A stretch of 30,365 nt of DNA, from contig QHVW01000152.1 in assembly GCA_003223675.1 (NCBI GenBank), forward strand, positions 1 through 30,365, read 5' to 3'. The notes under the pieces were generated by a model that was not told the origin of the DNA, did no database searches, and saw only the letters and a list, made by a program, of their open reading frames with translations. Source of the DNA: Acidobacteriota bacterium (GTDB lineage: Bacteria; Acidobacteriota; Thermoanaerobaculia; Multivoradales; UBA5704). The translations under genes and the position numbers were made by a program. This document shows, piece after piece, positions 8,137 to 17,084 of this stretch. The stretch's first letter is position 1. Every line of letters begins with the position of its first letter.

Positions 8137-9237
8137 TCATGGCACCCTCTTGACGATCGACGGCCCCAGCAGGCGGGTGACGGGCAGCGGCAGCCGCTGC
8201 CAGATCCGGATCGCCCGCTGGTATTTCGGATTGGCCGGGCTGACGTTCGGCAGCCCTTTGGCCTTGACGAGGTAGTACTGGTAGCCGAGGGGGACCTCGT
8301 CCATTCCCCATTTGGCCTTGAATTTATAGGCTCCCGTCTCGCGCTTGCTGCGGCCGAAGTCGAACGCGCGGAAGCCGTTCTCCCGCCCCCAGCGCATGAT
8401 CGAGAGATAGAGGTACTCGTCGACGCCGCGCGGCTTCTCCGTGCGGTCCGCCCCCGCGTAGAAGGGCATCACCACGTCGCGGAAGAGGAGGTTGAGCACC
8501 GCCGCCACCGGCTTGCCCGCGTGGTGCACGAAGAAAAGGTTGCTGTGCGCCGGATGCCGGTCGAGGATCTCGCGCAGGAAGAGCTTGGGATAGACCGGCG
8601 TGCCGTGATGGCGCATGCTCTCGCAGAACAGCCGGTAGAAGAGCGGCAGCTCCTCCAGGCCGGCGATCCGGTGCTCGAACGGCGCCTTGGCGACATAATT
8701 CATCATCTGCCGGCGCTTGCGCTCCATCTTCTTGAGGAGCGCCTCCTCGCCCAAAGTGAGGTCGGCCCGGAAGGTGACGTAAAGGTTTTTGGTGAGCAGC
8801 TCGGGATCGTCGAGCGGGGTCTCCGAGCGCAGCTCCAGGTAGTCCACCCGCAGCTCGCGGGCGAGGTCCTTGGCGGCGGCCAGCAATGCTCTCTCCGCGG
8901 GCTCGTCGTCCGCCACCAGGCCGCCGCCGATGGCGAAGGGGATCGACACCAGCGAGTGGCCGAAGAGCAGGCTCTTCAGCTCGAAGAGCGGCAGCACGCC
9001 GGCGATATGCCCGTCGCGCAGGGCCGTCAGGTAGTGAGCGCGGTGGCCGAAGGTGCGCTCGACCAGCCAGCGCCAGTTGAGCTGATGGAAGAAGGTGGCC
9101 CCCGGCGCGCTCCGCGCGTAGCGGTCCCACTCGGCCTCGCGATGGTCAGGGAGAATCTCGACTGAAACCGGCGACTGTACAGCTACAGGCCAACGGGGGT
9201 GGTCGAGATCGGTATAGACGAGGGGCTCGGCGCTCAT
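8137..9237 (-). CDS. FemAB-related GNAT protein, PEP-CTERM/XrtA system-associated type, 366 aa
   Basis: ATFFHQLNW, GVLPL, SLVSIPFAIGGG, HGTPVYPK, FDFGRSK, GAYKFKAKWG, NPKYQ. ATGA overlap with the deacetylase stop. Confidence 0.88.
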   Translation of the reverse strand: MSAEPLVYTDLDHPRWPVAVQSPVSVEILPDHREAEWDRYARSAPGATFFHQLNWRWLVERTFGHRAHYLTALRDGHIAGVLPLFELKSLLFGHSLVSIPFAIGGGLVADDEPAERALLAAAKDLARELRVDYLELRSETPLDDPELLTKNLYVTFRADLTLGEEALLKKMERKRRQMMNYVAKAPFEHRIAGLEELPLFYRLFCESMRHHGTPVYPKLFLREILDRHPAHSNLFFVHHAGKPVAAVLNLLFRDVVMPFYAGADRTEKPRGVDEYLYLSIMRWGRENGFRAFDFGRSKRETGAYKFKAKWGMDEVPLGYQYYLVKAKGLPNVSPANPKYQRAIRIWQRLPLPVTRLLGPSIVKRVP

Positions 9238-10055
9238 AAGGCCAGAATCTCCCGGCAGGTCGTGAAGCTGTACTCGGAGAAGAGCCGGGCCAGCCGCCCC
9301 TCGGTGAGGCCGAGGTTGCGGTAGTGGCGCAGGCGGGTGAGGACCCCGACCGGCTGCACCGGCTGGCCGGGATCGATCTCCCACGGATGGACGTAGACCA
9401 CGGCGGGGCGCCGCTCGCGCTGGTTGAGCCAGCGCATCCCCCAGCGGATGAACGACATCGGGAAGTGGCGCAGATAGCCGCCGCCCACGAACGGCAGGTT
9501 GGTGCGGCCCACGCGGATCGTCGAGATCGGAAACTCCTGCAAGACACCGCCGCGCAGCGGCCGCGGGAAGCGCGGGAAGTCCGGGATGCCGTAGCGGTCG
9601 TGATGGATCGGGAAGATGCTGGAGTCGTAGCGGAACCCCTCCTCGGCCAGGACGTCGACCGCCCACATCGTCTCGCGCACGATCGAGTAGCTGGGGGCGC
9701 GGTAGCCGATGACCTCGACGCCGGCGGCGTCCTCGATGGTCCGCTTGGAGCGGCGGACGTCCGCGCGGAATTGCCCGGGGGTCATGGCCGTGACCTGGCG
9801 GTGGTCCTGGCCGTGGGTGGCCAGCTCGTGGCCGGCGTCGCGGATCTCGCGCACCAGGCCGGGCCAGCGCTCGGCCACCCAGCCGAGGGTGAAGAAGGTG
9901 CCGCGCACGCCGTATTCGGCGCAGAGATCGAGCAGCCGCCGCGTGTTGCGCTCCACCCGCGGCTCGAAGGAGCCCCAGGAGGCCCGTGGGATCGCCCGCT
10001 CGAATGCGTTGACCTGGAAGTAATCCTCGACGTCGACCGAAAACGCGTTCAACAC
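9234..10055 (-). CDS. Polysaccharide deacetylase, XrtA system type (DUF3473 C-terminus), 273 aa
   Basis: NAFSVDVEDYFQ, GTFFTLGWVAE, HELATHG, GYRAPSYS, YDSSIFP, GGGYLR, VYVHPWEIDP. GTG 10055 lies behind GAGGAGG. Confidence 0.92.
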   Translation of the reverse strand: MLNAFSVDVEDYFQVNAFERAIPRASWGSFEPRVERNTRRLLDLCAEYGVRGTFFTLGWVAERWPGLVREIRDAGHELATHGQDHRQVTAMTPGQFRADVRRSKRTIEDAAGVEVIGYRAPSYSIVRETMWAVDVLAEEGFRYDSSIFPIHHDRYGIPDFPRFPRPLRGGVLQEFPISTIRVGRTNLPFVGGGYLRHFPMSFIRWGMRWLNQRERRPAVVYVHPWEIDPGQPVQPVGVLTRLRHYRNLGLTEGRLARLFSEYSFTTCREILAL

Positions 10056-11281
10056 GGTGTCGCCTCCTCGTTGCGTATGGCTACGGCCGCGGGCCGTCGG
10101 GCCGCCACGACCAGCTCTTCGACCCGCCGCGCGTTCTCCTCCCACAGGTACCCCCGCTGGAGGAGGCTGGCGCGGGCGGCCTCTCCCAGACGGGCCCGCA
10201 GCTCCCCGTCGCGCGCCAGGGTCAGCACGGCGGCGCCCAGGTCCCCGGCCTCCGGATTGGCGCCGCCCGGGCAGAGCAGCGCCGTCTCGCCGGAGTCAAG
10301 AAGCTCGCGGACGTTGGCCGATCCCGGCGCCACGATGGCGCGGCCGGCGGCCATGTACTCCAGGATCTTCATCGGGCAGGCGTAGGGGGTGACCGCCGGC
10401 TGCACGGCGACGTCGAACGCCGCCAGCGCCGACTCGATCTCGCCGCGCGGCACCGGGCCGCAGAGGGCCACCCGGCGCTCCAGGTCGGGCGAGGCGGCGC
10501 GCATCTCGCGCAGGGCGGGCATGGCCGGGCCGTCGCCGGCCAGCACGAGGTGAATCCCGGCCTCCCGCCATTCGGAGGAGCCCGCCACCTCCAGCAGCCT
10601 TTCGAGACCGTGCCAGGCGCGGAACCAGCCCACGAAGCCGGCCACGACCGCGTCCGGCGGGATGCCGAGCTTGCGGCGGAAGGCCGCGCCGTCCCCGCCG
10701 GTGCCGAATTCGCGGCGGACGCCGTTCGGCATCACCACGATCTTGCCGGGAGGCACGCCCTGCTCTTCGAGGATGCCGGCCAGGACGCGGGTGACGGCGA
10801 GGGTGACGTCCGCTCCGGCGCAGAGGCGGCGCTCGATGCGCCGCGTGACGCCGCGGAAGACCAGGCCGCCGTGCTCGGCCTTCTCCTGCGCCAGCGGCGA
10901 GTTGACCTCCAGCACGAAGGGGACGCCGTGCCGGCGCGCGGCGGCGAGGCCCGCGAAGGTGTTGGCCGCGTAGCGCTCGTAGACGAAGTCGGGCCGGAAA
11001 TCGCGGATGGCCTTGGAGAGGCGCCGGTAGGCCACCGCGTTGTAGGCGAGCTCCAGCCCCTCCTTGGCCGCGGCCGGCATGCGGGCCGCGGCGCGGGAGG
11101 CGAGCCCGGCGAGACCGCGCGCCTCGCCCCCCTCGGCATCGGCCCTGGCCTCGGCTCCGGCCTCCACCAGCGCCACCTCGCGCACCTCGTGGCCGCGCAG
11201 GCGGAAGGCGCGCTGGATCTCGGCGATGTGGATGCCCTGCGCGTCGGCGGCGCGGGTGCGGTGGTGGTAGAGGATCCTCAC
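10049..11281 (-). CDS. Glycosyltransferase family 4, 410 aa
   Basis: GTG start MRILYHHRT, VYERY, LEVNSP, GFVGWFRAWHG, YACPMKILEYMAAG. GTGA overlap with the upstream stop. Confidence 0.9.
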   Translation of the reverse strand: MRILYHHRTRAADAQGIHIAEIQRAFRLRGHEVREVALVEAGAEARADAEGGEARGLAGLASRAAARMPAAAKEGLELAYNAVAYRRLSKAIRDFRPDFVYERYAANTFAGLAAARRHGVPFVLEVNSPLAQEKAEHGGLVFRGVTRRIERRLCAGADVTLAVTRVLAGILEEQGVPPGKIVVMPNGVRREFGTGGDGAAFRRKLGIPPDAVVAGFVGWFRAWHGLERLLEVAGSSEWREAGIHLVLAGDGPAMPALREMRAASPDLERRVALCGPVPRGEIESALAAFDVAVQPAVTPYACPMKILEYMAAGRAIVAPGSANVRELLDSGETALLCPGGANPEAGDLGAAVLTLARDGELRARLGEAARASLLQRGYLWEENARRVEELVVAARRPAAVAIRNEEATPC

Positions 11282-12519
11282 GGCGTGACCTCCTGGGCCC
11301 GCACCCCCATCGCGAGCGGAGGGGTGCCGCCGGCCGCCGCTCTCAGCTCCTCGGCCACCTCGCGCCCCACCGCCTCCCAGGTGCGGTCCGCCACGCGGGC
11401 GCGCACCCGGTCGCGGTCCCAGTCGCGCTCCAGGGCCTGGTCGAGCCCGGCGACGAGGGCCTCCACGGTCCGCTCCACCACCAGGCCCACCGCGGGGGAA
11501 TCGATCAGCTCGGGGATGTTCCCCACCGGCGTGGCCACCACCGGCGTGCCGCAGGCGAGCGCCTCCAGCACCACGTTGGGGCACCCTTCATGGGCCGTGG
11601 CCAGCACGAAGAGGTTCGCCGCGCTGTACCAGACGGCCAGCTCCTCGCGCTGGCGCGGGCCGGCGAAGATGACGCGATTCTCCATCTTCATCCTCGCGGC
11701 GAGCTGCCGCAGCTCGGCCCCCATCGCCCCCTCGGGGCCGTCGCCGCCGACGATGGCGAAGCGCAGCGTGGGCCAGCGCCGCTTGAGCCGCGCCATGGCC
11801 TCCATCACCAGGTGGAACCCCTTGCGCGGCGCCAGCGTGCCCACCGAGACCAGGAGCGGCCCGTATTTCGGCAGCCCCAGAGCCCGCCGCGCCTCGACGC
11901 GGTCGATCGGCCGGAAGACCTGTGGGTCGATCCCGTTCTCGATCACCCGCACCTTCTCCGCCGGTACCCCCAATGCCACCGCGTCTCGCTTGAGCGACTC
12001 GGAGACGGCGATCACCCGCACCGCCCGTTTCAAGGCGAACCGGAGCTGCGGCCGGCGGAGGCGGAAGGGGACCAGCAGGGGCAGCATGCCGCGCAGGGTG
12101 ATCGTCAAGGGCACCCGCAGGACGAGCCCGAGGAGGGCCGCCGCCAGCCCTTCCGGATAGACGAAGTGGGCGTCGATCAGCTCGCAGCGGAAGTCGCGGC
12201 GCAGCCGGATCACGGTCGGCAGCGCCCCGAGGAACATCAGGAGGCCGTCCAGGCACTTCAGGAAGCCCGGGAAGGAGAGGAAGCGCGGGTGCAGCACCTG
12301 GATCCCCTCCTGGACCTCCTCGCGCGGCACCGCCGGCCGGAGGCCGGGGAGGAGCCTCGCCACGAACGGGAACCAGGGGGTGGGGGCCACCACGCGGACC
12401 TCGACGTCGGCGGGCAGGCCACGCATCCGCTCGCGCACGAACACGCCGTAATGCGGCTGCGCGGCATTGGGGAAGACCATGCTGAAGAGGAGCACCTTGA
12501 GCCGGCCTTCAGACCGCAT
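11278..12519 (-). CDS. Glycosyltransferase family 4 (TuaC-like), 413 aa
   Basis: FPNAAQPHYGVFV, IDAHFVYPEG, VSVGTLAPRKG, HEGCPNVVLEALACGTPVV (E-x7-E motif). Confidence 0.92.
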   Translation of the reverse strand: MRSEGRLKVLLFSMVFPNAAQPHYGVFVRERMRGLPADVEVRVVAPTPWFPFVARLLPGLRPAVPREEVQEGIQVLHPRFLSFPGFLKCLDGLLMFLGALPTVIRLRRDFRCELIDAHFVYPEGLAAALLGLVLRVPLTITLRGMLPLLVPFRLRRPQLRFALKRAVRVIAVSESLKRDAVALGVPAEKVRVIENGIDPQVFRPIDRVEARRALGLPKYGPLLVSVGTLAPRKGFHLVMEAMARLKRRWPTLRFAIVGGDGPEGAMGAELRQLAARMKMENRVIFAGPRQREELAVWYSAANLFVLATAHEGCPNVVLEALACGTPVVATPVGNIPELIDSPAVGLVVERTVEALVAGLDQALERDWDRDRVRARVADRTWEAVGREVAEELRAAAGGTPPLAMGVRAQEVTP

Positions 12520-14440
12520 ATCGCACCTCCTCCAAGCTGGCCAGGCTGGACGGACGGGCCACCTCGCGCCCCCAGACCTCCAGCATCAGCAGCGTCCAGA
12601 GCGCCCACCCCGCCTCCAGCCGGCGCGCCGCGTGGTCGTCCAGCAGCCGCTCGACCTCCCGCCGCTCGAAGAGATCGCGGCCGAAGGCGTCGGGGGCCAG
12701 CAGCAGGTCGCGCGAGAGGTCCCGCAGGTCCTCCCGCAGCCAGCGGGACACCGGCGGCGCGAACCCCCGCTTGGGCCGCGCCAGGATCTCGGCCGGCAAC
12801 CGCCGCGCCGCCACCTTACGCAGCAGGACCTTGGTGGTGGTACCGGCGGTAGTACTGGCGAGCTTCAGGCGCGCGGGCAGGCGCGCCGCGAATTCGATGA
12901 TCCGGTGGTCGAGCAGCGGGCAGCGCACCTCCAGGGAGTGGGCCATGCTCATGCGGTCCACCTTGACCAAGCCGTCGTCGGCCAGCCAGGTCTTGAGATC
13001 GAGATAGAGCGCGCGGGCGAGCGGCTCCCTGGGCGCCCGGGCGAGGTGCGGCTCGATGGCCACGAACGGATCGCAGCGCCGCCGCCCGCCGAGCAGCCGC
13101 TCCTCCAGATGGGGCGGGATCAGGCGGCGGTCGAAGTCCCAGGAGCGGGGGGCTTCGACAGAGAGATTGCGGAACAGCCCGCCCAGCCGCAGGGCCCGGG
13201 GGAGCCGGGCCGAGCGGGGCCAGCGCCGGCCGAGCGCCGGGAAGAGGCCGCGGCGCAGGGGCGCGGGGACGAAGGAGCGGAGGCGCTCCTCCATCAGGTG
13301 CATGGCGTACTTCTCGCCATAGCCGGCGAACAGCTCGTCGCCGCCGTCGCCCGAGAGGGCCACCGTCACCCGCCGCCGGGTCTCGCGCGACACGTACCAG
13401 GTAGGCACGGACGACGGATCGGCGAACGGCTCGTCGAGGTGCCAGGCGATGCGCGGCAGCACGTCCATGAGGTCGGGCCGCACCTCGGTCTCCACGTGGT
13501 CGGCGCCCAGGGCCCGCGCCACCGCCGCGGCGTCCTCCCGCTCGTCGGCGGCGCGGTCGGCGAAGCCCACGGTGTGGGTGCGCACGGGACGTGAGCCGGC
13601 CTCGCTCATCAGCGAGACGATGGTCCCGGAGTCGAGCCCGCCGGAGAGGAAGGCGCCCAGCGGCACGTCGCTCTCCAGGCGGTCGCGCACGGCCGTGGAC
13701 AGGAGCCGCTCGAGCTCGGCGGCCAGCCGGCCGTCGGCGGCCGGGCCGGCGTCCTGCGCCTCTTCGGTCGGTACGTCCCAGTAGCGCTCGACGCGCGCGC
13801 CCCGCTCGTCCACCAGCGCCAGATGGCCGGCGGAGAGCTTGGTGGCGCCGCGGAAGATGGTCCACGGCGCCGGCACGTAGCCGTAGGCGAGGTAGAGGTC
13901 GAGCGCTTGCGGGTCGATCTCCGGCCGGATGAGGCCGGCGGCGAGCAGCGACTTGAGCTCGGAGGCGAAGCCCAGCCGGCGGCCGTCGTCGGCCAGGAAG
14001 AGAGGCTTCTTGCCCACGCGGTCGCGGGCCAGCAGGAGCTTGCGGCGGCGGAAGTCGGCCACCGCCAGGGCGAACATGCCGGCCAGCCGCTCGACGCAGC
14101 CGGCCCCCAGCTCCTCCCAGAGGTGGACGATCACCTCGGTGTCCGAGCGGGTGGCGAAGCGGTGCCCCCGTTCCTCCAGCCCCTGGCGCAGCTCACGGTG
14201 GTTGTAGATCTCGCCGTTGCAGACGACCGCCACCGTGCGGTCCTCGTTGAAGATCGGCTGGTGGCCGCCGGCCACGTCGATGATCGACAGCCGGGCGTGG
14301 CCGAGCCCCATGGTGCCGGCGAGATGGACCCCCTGGTCGTCCGGGCCGCGGTGGCGCAGGGGAGCCACCATGCGGGCCACCGTCTCGCGCGCCGCCAGGG
14401 CGGGCTCGGCATAATGGAAGAGGCCGGCGATCCCGCACAT
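12509..14440 (-). CDS. asnB: Asparagine synthase family amidotransferase, XrtA/PEP-CTERM-associated type, 643 aa (proximal copy)
   Basis: MCGIAG, HRGPD, NGEIYN, RDRVGKKPL, FLSGGLDS, LSGDGGDE, KVDRMSMAHSLEVR, RPKRGF. Confidence 0.93.
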   Translation of the reverse strand: MCGIAGLFHYAEPALAARETVARMVAPLRHRGPDDQGVHLAGTMGLGHARLSIIDVAGGHQPIFNEDRTVAVVCNGEIYNHRELRQGLEERGHRFATRSDTEVIVHLWEELGAGCVERLAGMFALAVADFRRRKLLLARDRVGKKPLFLADDGRRLGFASELKSLLAAGLIRPEIDPQALDLYLAYGYVPAPWTIFRGATKLSAGHLALVDERGARVERYWDVPTEEAQDAGPAADGRLAAELERLLSTAVRDRLESDVPLGAFLSGGLDSGTIVSLMSEAGSRPVRTHTVGFADRAADEREDAAAVARALGADHVETEVRPDLMDVLPRIAWHLDEPFADPSSVPTWYVSRETRRRVTVALSGDGGDELFAGYGEKYAMHLMEERLRSFVPAPLRRGLFPALGRRWPRSARLPRALRLGGLFRNLSVEAPRSWDFDRRLIPPHLEERLLGGRRRCDPFVAIEPHLARAPREPLARALYLDLKTWLADDGLVKVDRMSMAHSLEVRCPLLDHRIIEFAARLPARLKLASTTAGTTTKVLLRKVAARRLPAEILARPKRGFAPPVSRWLREDLRDLSRDLLLAPDAFGRDLFERREVERLLDDHAARRLEAGWALWTLLMLEVWGREVARPSSLASLEEVRYAV

Positions 14441-14443
14441 CGG

Positions 14444-15763
14444 TCAGGCCCTCCTCGCCACGGCGGTCGCGAGGGGCTGTTTCCACCACGGCGCCATGGC
14501 TACGGGGACGGGCGCCGCCGCCGCCTCTCCCGCCTCGGCGCGCGCGATCACCTCCAGGCACACGCTCATGGCGATGATCTGGTAGAGCAGCTCGGAGTAG
14601 GCCGTGCTGAGAAACATGCTGCCGATCAGGTAGGCGAGGAGCGAGATCTGGAGCATGCGGGCGTAGACCTCGACCCAGGAATCCCGCGCCGCCGCCCGCT
14701 GCGTCCGCCGCAGGCTCCACAGGCCTGAGCCGATCGCGGCCAGGAAGAGCAGCAGCGCCGGCAGGCCGCACTCGCAGAGGATCTGCAGGAAGGCGTTGTG
14801 CGACACCCGGAAGCGCTGCGGCTCGGGCGAGTAGGCGCGGTAGACCACCTCCAGGTTGTTCGGCCCGACGCCGAACACCGGATAGTCGAGGAACACCCCC
14901 CAGGAGGTCTGCCAGGCGTTGAGCCGACCCATGGCCGAGCGGTCCTCCTGGTAGTCGGAGATCGTCTGCGCCCGCTCGACGTAGTCCTGGGTGAAGCGGT
15001 CGGAGGTCCAGGCGTGGAAGGCCGCCAGCCCCAGCAGCACCGCCAGCGTCACAGTCACCCGGTGGCGCGAGCGCCAGATGAGCAGCGGCAGGACGGCGGC
15101 CAGCGTGAGCAGGCCCCCGCGCGAGAAGGTGAACAGGGTGGTGGCCACGCAGAGAGCGGCGACCACCCAGGCCGCGATCTTGAGGTAGCGCTGCTTCTCG
15201 GTGAGGATGACCGCCGCCAGCAGCGGCAGGATCATGTTGAGGACCATGGCGAAGCTGTTGTTGTCCGACATGAAGCCGCCCGGCCCGTCGTAGTAGCGGG
15301 CGCCGCCGCTCACCAGGCCGATCAGGCCGCGCTTGGCGCCCAGGAAGCCGATCGAGAAGACGATCAGCAGCACCAGGGCGCGGAAGCGCTGGCGGTCGAG
15401 CACCAGCCCGGTGGTGATCACGCTGATGGCGATCGCCTTCCAGTAGTAGCCGTACATGTCGATCGAGACGTCGGGCAGCACGGCGGTGACCACCGTGATG
15501 CTGATCCAGCCGGCGAGCAGGAGGAGCAGCACGGTCTGCACCCTGAGCGTCAGCCAGCGCTCGCGGCCGAGCGCGATCACCAGCCCGACCGCCAGCGCCA
15601 CCGCCACCACCTGCGAGAGCGGCAGGGTGCGCGAGGCCCCCCAGGCCATGTCCTGCGGCCGCATGTAGGCCAGCCAGCCGTAGACCAGCAGCCCGAAGAA
15701 GGGGCGGAAGACGATCACCGGCAGCGAGGCGAAGACGATGCCGATGACGATCAGGTCACGCAC
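14444..15763 (-). CDS. O-antigen ligase / Wzy-like membrane protein (putative O-glycosylation ligase, exosortase-A-associated type), 439 aa
   Basis: About 12 hydrophobic segments, DNNSFA, TFSRGG, SAMGRLNAW, PVFGVG and SHNAFLQILCECG, the Wzy_C signature with conserved His. Confidence 0.87.
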   Translation of the reverse strand: MRDLIVIGIVFASLPVIVFRPFFGLLVYGWLAYMRPQDMAWGASRTLPLSQVVAVALAVGLVIALGRERWLTLRVQTVLLLLLAGWISITVVTAVLPDVSIDMYGYYWKAIAISVITTGLVLDRQRFRALVLLIVFSIGFLGAKRGLIGLVSGGARYYDGPGGFMSDNNSFAMVLNMILPLLAAVILTEKQRYLKIAAWVVAALCVATTLFTFSRGGLLTLAAVLPLLIWRSRHRVTVTLAVLLGLAAFHAWTSDRFTQDYVERAQTISDYQEDRSAMGRLNAWQTSWGVFLDYPVFGVGPNNLEVVYRAYSPEPQRFRVSHNAFLQILCECGLPALLLFLAAIGSGLWSLRRTQRAAARDSWVEVYARMLQISLLAYLIGSMFLSTAYSELLYQIIAMSVCLEVIARAEAGEAAAAPVPVAMAPWWKQPLATAVARRA

Positions 15764-17084
15764 GCCGCGCCTCCAGCGCCGCGGCGCCCGGGGCCGCGGC
15801 CTCCTCCTCGGCGCGCCGGCTCTCCACCGGCAGCGCGGGGGAGCCCGCCGGCGGCCGCGCCACGGCGCCGACCAGCTCCTCGAAGCGGTCGAGGTTGGGG
15901 GCCCAGCGGTAGGTGGCGAGCAGCCGCTGGCGCGCGCCGTCGGCCAGGCGCTCGCGCTCGCGCTCGTCCGCGATCAGCGCGGCCACGGCCCGTTCCATCC
16001 CCTCGTCCGTGGCGGCGGCCAGGAGGTCCCGGCCGCTGCGGAAGCCGCCGTCGGCCAACCCCGCCAGCACGCGCTCCGTGCACACCACCGGCAGGTGCGA
16101 GGCGATCGCCTCCAGCACCTTGTTCTGCACCCCCTGGGCGATGCGCAACGGCGCCACGAACACCCAGGCGCGGGCCAGGAAGGGGCGCACGTCCCCCACC
16201 GCGCCGGTCACCTGCACCCCCGGCAGCTCGCCGAGGTCGCGCACCGCCGCCACCGGCGAGCGCCCCACGATCAGCAGCTCGATCTCGGGGAAGCGCTGCC
16301 GCAGGCGCGGGAAGACCTCGCGCGCGAAATGGGTCACCCCGTCGACGTTGGCGAAGTAGTCCATCTGGCCGGTGAAGACCAGCGTGGGCTTGGACGCCTT
16401 GGGCAGGTCGAGCGGCTGGAAGAAGTCGACGTCCACGCCGTTGAGCAGGGTGACGGCTTTGGCCGCCGGCGCGCTCGCCTTGTACAGCCGGGTCTCGTTG
16501 CCGGTGGCGAAGGCGATGCGCTGGAAACGGCCGGCGAGCGACGCCTCGTAGCGCCGCAGCCGCCGCGCCTCCAGGGCGTAGACCGGCCGCAGGGCGAGCG
16601 GCGCGAAGCGGGCGTACTGGGCCCACTTCGCCGAATCGACGTCCACCATGTCCAGCACCGCCGGCACGTCCGGCGCCAGCGCCGCGTAGGGGGCCATCGA
16701 CGAGCAGTAGACGACGGCCACGTCGAAGCGCTCGCGGCGGGCCAGCTCGCGCACCCGCTCCGCCATCTCCCGCGACTCGAAGAACGACAGCGAGAGCGGG
16801 CGCGGGCGCCAGGCTCCCAGCGCCGCGCGCGCGTAGGAGGCCGGCCGGCTCAGGGGGAAGACCTCGACCCGCTCGCACATCGCCGCCAGCGGCGCGAGGT
16901 CGGGGACGGGCCCGTCGCAGAGCGCCAGCACGCTCACCCGGTGGCGCTCGGAGAGGGCGCGGATCTGGTGGTAGGCGCGGATCTTCTCCCCCTTGTCCGG
17001 CGGGTAGGGCACACGGTGGCAGAGGTAGAGCACGCGCAGGCCGGCGCGCGCCACATGCCGCAGGAGAGGGGTCGGCTCGTTCAT
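15756..17084 (-). CDS. GT4 sugar transferase, PEP-CTERM/EpsH1-associated (TIGR03087-like), 442 aa
   Basis: LYLCHRVPYPPDKGEKIR, DMVDVDSAKW, FTGQMDYFANVDG, PLRIAQGVQNKVLEA. ATG 17084 overlaps the upstream stop. Confidence 0.9.
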   Translation of the reverse strand: MNEPTPLLRHVARAGLRVLYLCHRVPYPPDKGEKIRAYHQIRALSERHRVSVLALCDGPVPDLAPLAAMCERVEVFPLSRPASYARAALGAWRPRPLSLSFFESREMAERVRELARRERFDVAVVYCSSMAPYAALAPDVPAVLDMVDVDSAKWAQYARFAPLALRPVYALEARRLRRYEASLAGRFQRIAFATGNETRLYKASAPAAKAVTLLNGVDVDFFQPLDLPKASKPTLVFTGQMDYFANVDGVTHFAREVFPRLRQRFPEIELLIVGRSPVAAVRDLGELPGVQVTGAVGDVRPFLARAWVFVAPLRIAQGVQNKVLEAIASHLPVVCTERVLAGLADGGFRSGRDLLAAATDEGMERAVAALIADERERERLADGARQRLLATYRWAPNLDRFEELVGAVARPPAGSPALPVESRRAEEEAAAPGAAALEARRA

